Under the pieces are notes generated by a model that saw nothing but the letters and a program-made list of their open reading frames with translations, was not told the origin of the DNA and ran no database searches. Position numbers and translations under genes: made by a program. A DNA stretch of 62,395 nucleotides, filler included, from Sphacelaria rigidula (taxonomy: Eukaryota): assembly GCA_964200075.2 (NCBI GenBank). It is 8 parts of 8 records of this genome, joined end to end, with 100 filler letters (N's around TTAATTAATTAA, not from the genome) between each part and the next. Parts side by side here need not be neighbours in the genome. Positions count along the whole stretch, not along the records: positions 23,438 to 31,149 come from CAXNAA020013706.1; positions 31,250 to 38,961 come from CAXNAA020013707.1; 6 more parts are not named here. One strand, written 5' to 3'. Shown piece by piece: positions 25,106 to 35,500 of this stretch. Every line of letters begins with the position of its first letter. The stretch's first letter is position 1.

Positions 25106-28100
25106 GTGCTCGCGATGGTTGACGGGCTGATGGTCCACCAGGAGGTGGAGACGTTGGAAGCCATCGCGAATGCCATCGGCATCGGTTACGAGGGGAACAA
25201 CCAGTAAGTCGATACGTCACACGATCTGATCTGATGTGATCCGAATGAGTTCGTTCTTGTTGATTACGTTTCGTCCTGCTGGACTGTCGATCCTGCTGGA
25301 CTGTCCCCTGTCGTACTTGTTGGGTATTGTCCCTAGTCTCGTATCTTATGTGCGCCTACTCCTCACCACCCGATACGATCAGCCTCGTGAAGGCGCACTT
25401 GTATATCCCGGTGGACCACCAGATGTGCCACCCCCGGAAGGCGTCCTCCGACAGTCGTGGCGTGTTCTGCTCCGCAACCGTACCCGCATCTCCGGAGGTC
25501 CTGAACACAGATATTTTATTGTAATATAGATCGCAATTTTTGCTTGCCCCAGTTAATGTTGATGTATTTCGACGCGAGTCAAGTCAAGCCGAGTACCACG
25601 GACTCGCGGCCGCCTCTTACACCGATGGTGATGTGTCGGTGTCCCTTGCAGGTACAAGATCTCCAACCGAGCAGGGGTGCATGTGTACCAGGCGGTCGAA
25701 GACACGGGATTCTGCTGGCGATGCTGCTGCACACAGCTCCGACCAGTCCACATGAAGGTTTTCGACCAATGGGGCACTCAGGTGAGAAGTAATGACATGT
25801 ATATCCCGTGGCCAGCCCAAGACCCCGGCGGCACATGCATGCCGATCAGCTGGGTGTGAGTACTCATCTTTTCTTTGTTATGAGACGTCGCAGCAGTGGA
25901 GTATTTTGGCGTTCTGGTTTTTCTCCAGTATTCAGGAAGGACCCTTGAGAAACACGACCAACTGCGCCTATTTCTTGAGCCGAGAAAGTCGAAGCTCACC
26001 ACCCCCATCCCCTCCCTCCTCCTTGCCGGGTAGACTTTTTTCCACTGCTGTGTATTTTTCTTCACTGACACGCTGTCGTCGTGGCCTGCGGCGCGGTTGC
26101 TGTTGCCCATTGTCGCTTGTTTTTGGAATATTGATCTTCAGGTGCTAGCCTTCCAACGGCACTTCCGAATGTTCCCGTGCGCGTGGTTCGAATGCTGCCG
26201 AGAGAACGTCACCGTGTTCCACGGCCCGAAGGAGGAGGGGAGAGTAATAGGAAGGGTCACGCAGTCCTGCTGCGGCGGCTGCTGCACACCCAAGCTGAAC
26301 GTGTTGAGCAAGAAGGGCGAGCGAGAATTGATGGTCAAGGGGCCGTGCATCATTGGAGACTGCTGCGGTGTCAAGTTCGACGTACTCACAGACAAGAAGA
26401 AGAAGGTGAGATATATCTCGGATCCTAGCGAAGTTCGAGGTCTGGATTGTTCTCTGGTTGCCATCCCAGCCAGAAAACGACACACCACGTCTGTGGGTGG
26501 GCCTGTGATTCTGCGTGAAATTAACCAGCTGCTATGGATGGCGTGTGGGGGCAAGGGGCACAGGAATATTGTGTTTTTGTGGAATCCGACGGTGGCAACG
26601 TGTGGCGTGATACTAGCTGCGAAGACTACGTGTAAATGAGCTCGTCACGAATATGTTCCTCGCGCTCTTGCGGCGTAGTGTGGAGAATATAGAACGTTTT
26701 TGTGGACGCTATCCCGGAATATTATGCTGTCATCTCATCACTCAACCTACGAAATTCATCGGTGCTCTCGCTCGTATACACGGCATGCTCGCGGTGATTC
26801 ACGGGGGCTCTGAAACAATTTCAGTTCGCATCGCGTTCGGTTATTGTCGTGATGCCTTGCAACGATCCTTGCGCCTCTCATCTCTCGCTCGCGCTGTCCT
26901 TTGCGTCGTAATTTTTTGTTGTGTGCTCAGGTGGGAGAGGTGAAGAAGTTAGCACCGGCCAGCTTGGCAGACATCGCCAAGGAAATTGCCACCGATGCCG
27001 ACAAATTCACCATCAGCTTCCCGATGGACCTCAAGGTAGATAAAACCTGACACATAAACTGCAGCCGACCAGCCGACGAGAATGAAATTCGCCTAATTTT
27101 GTTTCATGGCTGATCGTCTTGGCCCTGCCCTGGCCCCTTGTCCCGCTTGAGTACTCCGGTAGACCGGTTGACCTGCTAGAGTTGTTCAATGTGCGGTCGG
27201 GCGCGGTATCTGAACATGCATGAACGGGCATGTTTGCTCTTGTAGTCTGCTGTTTTCTAGGTGCCGTTTGGCGTTGTTTTAAATGTGGCCTTTGGCGTTG
27301 TATATAAAAACGCACCCTTTCACTCGCTCTTTTGCTGTCTGCTGTCTGCTGTCTGCTGTCTGCTGTCTGCTGTCTGCTGTCTTTTGTATTCCGGTATCTT
27401 CTATGTAGGTGGAAACCAAGGCTACCGCCCTCGTTGCGCTGCTCATCATCGACTTGCTATTTTTCGAGGTAAATACACTAGTACATCACTACGCTTAGAC
27501 CTGCTGCAGCACGTCTCGAAAGCACTGCATTGTGTAATCTGCATGTGGGCTTTTGTACTCTGTACAGTATTCGAGTTACTGCGAGTTGGATGATCCCCAT
27601 GCGGCATATCTTGGTTTTATCTGTAGTCGTGTGAGGGCTCTGTTGCTGTAGGATTGTATGATGTGGATGTTGTCAAAGTTGCTGTACGATCCTCATCTGG
27701 TTGGTTGATGGTACACCAACACACAATACGGCAGCGTGCCGCACCTCCTGGAGCTGTCGTCTGTTTCACTTATCGTTCGTATAGTGTTGCCATATTTTTG
27801 TCACTGCCCTATATCATGAAGCGCTGCATTTTTTCATTTCGTGGTCGTGCTCCTTGTGTTGTTTTTTTGTTCACTGCACAGTACGGCGGAAACACAAACC
27901 GTAACATGGACGGCTCGTGCACCATCGACCTTTGCGTAATGTGAGTGACAGTGCGATAATGCAAACACTTGCCTGAGGAGTGGTGCTTTGTATTCATTGG
28001 AGAGAGTTGTTCATGGGTTCTGCTTCAGGTCCCCGCGTCCCCGTACTTCATGTTGAAGCACTTTTTGTTCTCCCTCGACTACGTCACCCCCAACTCACAA

Positions 28101-28568
28101 AAATATGCTATGGGCGAACTGAGGGCGTTACTCATTGTAATAGTATCATCGAATATTGTGCAGCTAACGATTTGGAGAACCCCGACAGAACAGTCTCTGC
28201 CGTGCTTGTAATGAGAAAAATATTTTTTTCGGTGATATCAACATCTGCCAGAGCTGCCCACTTCACAATGCCAGTGGTCTAGACGTGGACCTGAGGCATG
28301 TCCGTGTGTGCGTGTTTGTAATTGAAACCATTGTAGATGTCTACAGGTACTTGTAGATGTCTACAGGTACATGAAGCTACTACCAAGCTTGGACGTTTGA
28401 CCCAAATTGCGTTTCGATGGCCTTCCTTCGCTGTTGTGTTCTTTGGAATACTGCAGGTTCTGCTGCGGATGCCCCATCCCCTGCCGAGTAACCGTTAATG
28501 GCATTGGCGGCGTCGGGGAGAAGGGCGGTGCCGGCGGCGCACCTGAAGCCGAGAAAATCGAACGTTAA
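25106..28568 (+). CDS. Phospholipid scramblase family protein (5'-partial)
   Basis: Exons 25106-25203, 25652-25781, 26142-26405, 26931-27035, 27409-27468, 27882-27940 and 28457-28568 splice in frame. Scramblase motifs: QEVETLE..GYEGNNQY, AVEDTGFCWRCCC..LRP, TDADKFTISFPMDLKVETKA....IIDLLFFE. Confidence 0.9.
27333..27381. repeat. (CTGCTGT)n heptamer microsatellite
   Basis: About 7 tandem units in a scramblase intron. Confidence 0.9.
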
Positions 28569-31095
28569 CGTGATATGTGCATTTGGTGCGTTGAGCGTTC
28601 GAGATGCGACTGTATGTGAAGGTCATACGCCAGGGGAGGGAAGAATACTCGCCGAAAATGGTGTAAGGTATTATGTGTTGACATAATGTGTGCTACTCGG
28701 GGATCCATGATGCCGATCCACACGCGACCGTACTGAAGGTTAGTGGTTCTGGTATTGTGAACAGCACGAAGAGTGGGGCGGTCCGTAGTCAGGACAGCTT
28801 CTTGATCCAGCACGTCTGTATGAATTTTGCCTTGTGGCATATCGGAGGCGGGGCTTGAGTGGGCGGATATCCCGCAGTCCCTGCGCAGGACTCATCTCGG
28901 GGGGTTCCGTGATGCTGGCCGGCAAGCTTTGAAGCGCCCGGCCCCTAAAGTACATAAAATAGGGCGGTGTGGCACGCTTCCCTTCCTGGCTGTGAGACAC
29001 CGCAACAAGATATTCCAGTGGGGAATAGATACTGTAGATTTGCTACTGCATACGTTGTTTGTCTTTGAAGATATTCTCTTTTTTTGGCGTTGAGATTCTG
29101 TCTATGGTACTGCTGGATTTGATGCGTGATCCGTGATGAGTGATGCGTACAATGGTGGCCGAGTAGGGGGCATGCGTTGCCTCGTCGCTACACGAGAGGC
29201 TACCGAATGATCGGGCGCGAGTTGGGGGCAAGGGCGCGACCGATTAATCCAGATGTATTGTGTGTGTGTTGTGCTGTTTCTTGGTGTTTACGGGGGTTCT
29301 TGTGATCGGTGTGGTCGAACGCTGTTGTAATCTTGCGTCGACCGCACGAAACGAGTAAACACGTTACATTTAACTCTTGTCGATTGGTATTTTCTGTCGC
29401 TCGTGTGTAGGTAGATGAACGTAAACCTCACCTGGGGTGTCTGTTGGTATTTGGTGAGGTCGGTTGGTTAGTCGGGAGACGAAGTTTTATGACTGGATGG
29501 AATGAAGGACCTCTTGAATACAGGAGGGGTGTGTAATATGTTTCGAAGCACGTCAGGCAGGAGAGAGTACGGTTGGTGTTTCTTCAAGAGTGGCATACGT
29601 TGAATGATGTCCACTTGGGGGAGATTGGTATGATAGCACACTTGGTTGTCAGCCTGAAGGACGCATGAGAGGAGAGCGACGTATGGTTGGTTGTCGCTCG
29701 AGACTTTCGCCCTCTCTTCTGTCTGCTGTATGCTCTGATGCTCTGAGTGAGCATTGGTGTGTTGTGTTTAATTTATTTCGAATGCGTTGTCTTCGTGACT
29801 GGACGGGAAGAACAAGTCGCTCTCTTTCGACCTTAATCTGTCATCTGATGGATGTTTTTGATCGACATGTTTTGTAGGTCCCGAGTCTTGTCTGGTTGTG
29901 GAATGCCGTATTGATGTTCAAATATCGCCGGTGTTCATTAGAGATGGCACTGGATGAGTTCCGTGGGTCACGGAGCTCATGTTGCCTCATTTGCTCAGTG
30001 TGGTTGGTGGTTGCATGTGCCGGTCTAGGCGGGTTGAGTTGGCTGTATTCAGACGCCACGAGGTCGTGGTTTCGTATTTCGATGTTGTTAAATGGTGTAC
30101 CGTCCCGTGTGATATTACGATCGAGTGGGTGGAAGGGTGACGTGTTTCGTAGTGGTTTTGCGCGTTGCATTGTATCAACGCTGTTTACATTTCGTATGCC
30201 GATGAGTGATTGATTCATGGTTGCTTGCAGTTTTCATTACGGCGTTAATATTGGTTTTTGAACACATGCGAAGCGGGTGAAAGTTCCACCCTGTAATTGA
30301 CGTAAAGTATGCGGGAAAAGTTCACTTGTCCGCTGCCAGAAGACGACGGTGGCCCTGACCGGATAGCAGAGCAGCGAGCACAGCCCCGACGGCAACGCAG
30401 TGGGTAACCCGTCATATGACTCCTCACTAACGTGTCCAACCGAAGCGGACGTTGTTTCACCCACGCTCATGAATGTGGTCCACCTAGCATTATCTTCGAC
30501 AATGTTACATGATAGGGAAGTTCGGTGTATATACGTTGGGCACAGTCACCAAGTGTACGCCGTATGAACCATGCGCTGTTAGAACATTCACATGTCTGAA
30601 CCGCTGATAACATCGTGGGAACACGAGAACTACAGGTTCCTGAGTCAAGTGCATTGGAACATGGCGCTCGACTCGACTCTAATCGTGTGCACGCGTACGC
30701 GTACCGCGTTGGGGTTCGCACTCGAGCAAAACTCCGTTTTGTGGAACATGATGCAAACCTCCGGCAGTTGATCATTCTTGTGAATCTGTTCGCTTCCAAG
30801 GAGCCACGTATAAGTGCACGGACCTACCAGAGCACCTCCAAACTATTTTTTGTATATTTCCTGTAGCAGTAAATTGGGCATTTCAGAGTATTTCATGATG
30901 TGGAACTCCGAACCCATCGTTTTCTGTCACACCACTGGCTGCATGAAACAGTTCATCTGCTTCATTGATGTGCCTCTTGTCAACGAAAGAGGGGAAAATA
31001 CATCGAATATCTAATTTTTATCACGTGGGTCGTCCCCGGGTAGACTGACTCTCATAACGTGATGTAGCTCATGTCGCGAATCTAGCGCCACTCAA

Positions 31096-31149
31096 CAGGG
31101 TTGCCAGAAAAATGAGAACGTATTTTGAAATGAGAATCCACCGCTCCCC
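31096..31149. mobile_element. End of a high-copy TIR element (CAGGGTTGCCA..., hAT-like) at a contig break
   Basis: Near-identical to 54517-54570; both copies terminate their contigs. Confidence 0.6.
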
Positions 31150-31249
31150 NNNNNNNNNNNNNNNNNNNNNNNNNNNNNNNNNNNNNNNNNNNNTTAATTA
31201 ATTAANNNNNNNNNNNNNNNNNNNNNNNNNNNNNNNNNNNNNNNNNNNN
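31150..31249. other. Artificial contig spacer
   Basis: N44-TTAATTAATTAA-N44. Confidence 0.98.
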
Positions 31250-31322
31250 TGATGCACCCACATACACCGAAAGGTGTAGACTGGTGCCCAGAATAAATGG
31301 GACGACAACACACACACACACA
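31250..31322 (+). repeat. 3' end of a high-copy repeat with a (CA)n tail
   Basis: CACATACACCGAAAGGTGTAGACTGGTGCCCAGAATAAATGGGACGACAACAC is identical to the start of contig 6 (from 39062). Confidence 0.8.
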
Positions 31323-31445
31323 ATCATCAATTCGGTCGACCCGTGAAACGTTTGTTTGAGGTGTCAAGCTCTCCGGCGTCGTCTATCTGACTGAGCTTTG
31401 CAGTTTTCCCATAGGTTTGTTGGGTACTCGGGACCAACATCTTGA

Positions 31446-31543
31446 CCCTTACAGCGAGCATAGGTCACTTATTGAATCAACATCAGTTTCACATGAAAAA
31501 CGACTGCATGGCAAGATGATGACCTACCCTCGCCGTCAAAGGG
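31446..31543. mobile_element. Degenerate piggyBac-like MITE
   Basis: TTGA-CCCTTACAGCGAGCATAGGTCA ... TGACCTACCCTCGCCGTCAAAGGG-TTAA imperfect TIRs. Confidence 0.5.
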
Positions 31544-31547
31544 TTAA

Positions 31548-31704
31548 CCCTTTTGGAAACAGACTCCCAGAAACATGCTGTTTGCACGCGATTTTTTTGT
31601 GAATCGGCATCACTTTTACTTGAAAACGCCTGACGATGACCCCGAGTAACACACTGATCCCTGCGTGCAAACGCCATGTTCCTGAGAGTCTGGTCCCAAA
31701 AGGG
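31548..31704. mobile_element. piggyBac-like MITE
   Basis: TTAA on both sides. TIRs CCCTTTTGG / CCAAAAGGG extend imperfectly for ~42 bp. Confidence 0.8.
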
Positions 31705-31821
31705 TTAACGCTCGGTGACCAGCAGACAGACTGAGAATCTATTATGGTCGCTAATCTTCACCCTCCAGAATATGTGGGCGCATCAGGCGGGGGGTCAAAC
31801 AAAATGAAGGTTAACACAGGA

Positions 31822-32090
31822 GTTTTTTCGTTTTTTTCAGCACTGCACAACGTCCTTCTGCAGTGTTTGCCCTACTTATTATCGCGAGAAGGGTTTAGCG
31901 ATCCCTTTCCCTCGTAAACCGTCAAGTCGAATATTGGTGTACCCACGACTTGTTAAAAGTTGCTCTTCACGGCTGTTTGGCATGATGTGAGGAAAGGTTC
32001 CCGGATCTTGCGGCTTCACCGAGATTCGAACCCACGTCCCAACTGTCAGGAGGTTCCGGGGCTACCAACTGAGTCACTGGGGCAAGCGGC
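31822..32090 (-). mobile_element. tRNA-derived SINE
   Basis: Minus strand has A box TGACTCAGTTGG (32076-32065), B box GTTCGAATC (32031-32023), a ~190-bp body and an A-rich tail. The head is shared with 1-48. Confidence 0.65.
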
Positions 32091-32527
32091 AGCAGTGTCG
32101 TTAGAAGTGCAAACAACGATTCCCCATGTAACAGAAGCTAGCTTTTGTACTGTAGTACCTTACGCGGTCAACTGAGTAGCCGTTTGTTCTTTGGCTCATT
32201 TTTTCTTCTGTTTGGATACAGACCTGCCCGCAACAATGAACGAAGTTGACTATTAATAGTACAGATTCAGAAAAAATCATTTTGCCAAAATTTGGGTGAA
32301 GGCAAGACCAAACACGTGATAATCAACCCGTGTTCCCGACACGAGGAGGCATGTATGCACAGGTACTGCACGGTACTTGAACTAGTATGAAGACTTGTTA
32401 TGATGAAGTGCGTAGTAGATTAGTGGACAGGCAAACAATACGCAGGAAAGTATCATCTCCCTCTCTATCTCTCCCTCTCTCCATGAATCCCACCGTGTTG
32501 TCTCGGCGTTTTATGTTGGCTCGACAG

Positions 32528-35500
32528 GGGTGGGAGAGGTGGACATCTCAGCAAGGACGCTGCATCCAAGGCAACAACACACAGTACACACACCACGGAT
32601 ATCTGAGACATGCCTTTGATTTCAAGCTGCGCAGGGGAAGCCAGGTATTATCCCAGTATTTTTTGTATCGCATGCAACTGACTATGTGTTCGTGTTTTTG
32701 TGTACGTGCGAAGTGAAGACCATACGCAGTGTTATTTCTTTTCAATAATATGGAGGCGGTATTTTTGGGGAACAGGCGCCCCAACACAGGACAGCTGGCG
32801 TCTGATCATACGGGATTTTGACGTATGTGTGGACTGAAGCCGCAGGTAGGTGTTGACGCAGCAGTTTCGGCGACCCAAGGCGTTTTGCGCGCTGCGTGGC
32901 TTGAAAGGATGATTATGCACGATGCTCAACTGTTCCGAACAAAAAAAACACTGTCTGATGACAGTTCTGGTGGGTAACGCTATGAAATCTGCTCGGAGGC
33001 AGGGGTCGGTCTTGCCATACTTGATGTTTTCATCGGCCCCCTGATGGTCGAGGCTGGCACCAAGAAAGGAAATAACCACCTGTCAAGATTCTTCACATGT
33101 TAAGAGACAGATGCCCTTGAGTTTTATACGCCGTGCCGAGCAAGACGCGGCCGCACAACGCACCCAAGGAGAAAGCTGTCTTCTGTCAAGGACCACTGCG
33201 GAGCAATTCGGGCAGGGGGCAGCGTCTCTTCCCTCACAGCCCCAGAGTCAGCGTGGCAGTTACCACGACGGTCAAAGAATGACGGGCAGTCGCTGTAGTT
33301 TTCTTCTATCACCGTCGGTCGGATATTCGGTGGTATGCTCCCAAGTGAAGATAATTACCTTTTTCTGACAGGCGCGTGATCGCCCTTGTGCAGAGTTTTC
33401 GCTTGGTTCCAGAAAAGGACAGAGTGCGAGTTGCAATTTGATTTTTTTCATTCACAATTCGCGGGTATTCTAGCCCTGTCGAGGCGTGGCTCGCATCGTA
33501 CAGACAGTACTACAGTACTCGTTGCACTGTACCACCAGGAACATGTGGTGTAAATTTCGTTGGGTATTGCCGTGAGCGGTTACACATTGTGCAATAAATT
33601 ATTCCCCCTTTCGCAGTGATATGCATCCTCTCCCATCCGGCTGCCGCATGCGCGATGGCTGGTCTGTAGCGCCAGTTATCCGTACTGATGTGGAGACCTC
33701 TCTTCCAAGGACGTCTGTCCCTTTAGTCTGAGCAAATTTTAGACCTTGAAGCATCACCGTCTCCAGTTGACGCCGCGGATGATGAATTATGATTCAGTTA
33801 GATGCCTCCATAATATTGAAAAAGAATGGCACGGTATCTTGGGAAGCTTGATCGAATATGGAGCAGTGGGCTGACTGACTGATTCGAAGCATGTTCCAAG
33901 ATGAGGATCCAAAAACGTCGGAGAATGAAGCCTCTTAGACCATATTTTACGGCAACCAATCTCGATTTGTACAAATATGAAGATTTTAGCCCGTCTGCAG
34001 GCGATTTTATCCCGTCGATTGATTTTTGGGACTCCAGTCCGTTTGGCAATGTTTTTCGGCTAATCGTGGGCGAAACAGATCAATTCTCCGATTCTCTGAA
34101 CGTAGACTTCCGATACGTTACATTTTTGCTCAAATCGGGAGTCTCCGGCATCGTCTTATTACGGTATCGATTTCTACTGGGATCGGGATTACCTGAGACG
34201 AACTGAGACAGGATGGCCATTCTCTCTTCGAGTCAGGTTTTAAAACAAAGACGTACTTTGCATTTACTGTACACAGGGCGTAGTAGTCGCGCCCTGGTGG
34301 CCTAACGGTACGACTGTCACCACTAGGGTGGGAAGAGCGTCGGCTCGATTCCCCATGCATTGGTCTTTTTTCTCTCAAGTATGTGATTTCCACCGTCCAC
34401 ACGTGACGTTGAGTACGTGAGGAGGCGAAAAAAAAAAGAGAGAGAAAAGCAGTCGACTGAGTTTGTTTGGCGAGAGTTGACGCGGTGTGGCCGTGCTGTC
34501 ATGATCCAATCCGCGGGACCAAAATGCAAGGCGTATGTACTGGGGGAGGGATAGATTGATCCTTTGAGGCCACTGACTCGTTCCCGAGGAAGGGGAGGGT
34601 TTCGAAATGTGATGAATAGAAGGAAAAACAAAAGGGCCAACGTGCCTCTTTTTCTTGGGCCCATTGATTGGCCATCACCTTAGCATGATGCAGTTCTCCG
34701 TAAACTACGCGTGTGTCAGTGTCAAATATACGATCAAACTGAGCTGCGTATCTCGTCGTACCAGTTGTGGGAAATATAGATAATAATCAACTTCGAACTG
34801 GGTACTGTACGTACCGCACCAGTACGGAAGCAAAAGCGAAGAGGCCGCCCCGCCGCGGGGTGCTATCTCGACATTTCAGGCAGTCTTGGATGGTCACAAA
34901 AAGTCGTCATTGTATTTCATTTTGTGGTCGAGTCACCTCCTCGTCTCTTCGTTTTTCTTTTTCTTTTTTGTGGTTACTTTTCCGCTCAGATCCTTGCCGC
35001 CCGCGATGGCGTCGTTGCCCACGTCTGCGACCATTTCCGGGAGGGCGGGGCCTGCGAGCGCTTGCTGCCGCGGTCCAATTTTGTCGCGATTCGCCACCCA
35101 CAGGACGGCACCTACACTCGTTATATCCATCTCATGCCCGGAGGCGTGCTGGTGTGCGTTGGACAGGTAGACGCAAAACACAAACCGTGAGACATGAACA
35201 CCCTGGACAATAAATTGAAGGTTACATCGTCTAGAAATACACCGCGTACAGAATGGAATCTTTTTGTCTTTACTGCAATAAATAGGCGCAATAGTCGACA
35301 CTGTACGCAGTACACTTACTGCATATCAAGTCCCCTGATGTCTCAAAGTTACGTGCAGTTTGTGGTCGTCGTGCTCTACCCACCGGCCTGCTTTCTCTGG
35401 TGCAATTTGTACTGTAACCGTCTTAACTATGTGGATGACATTATTAGTGCGTTACCGACTGAAATGCGATTAAGATGACAGCTCGAGTTTTTCGTTTTTT

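Noticed and set aside
28700-30230. Strand-biased region suggestive of a decayed LINE
   Set aside because: No reverse transcriptase or endonuclease motif could be recognised.
32010-32090. Possible tRNA gene on the minus strand
   Set aside because: A and B boxes are present, but I could not build a convincing cloverleaf. It continues into a body and A-rich tail and has a diverged second copy, which fits a SINE.
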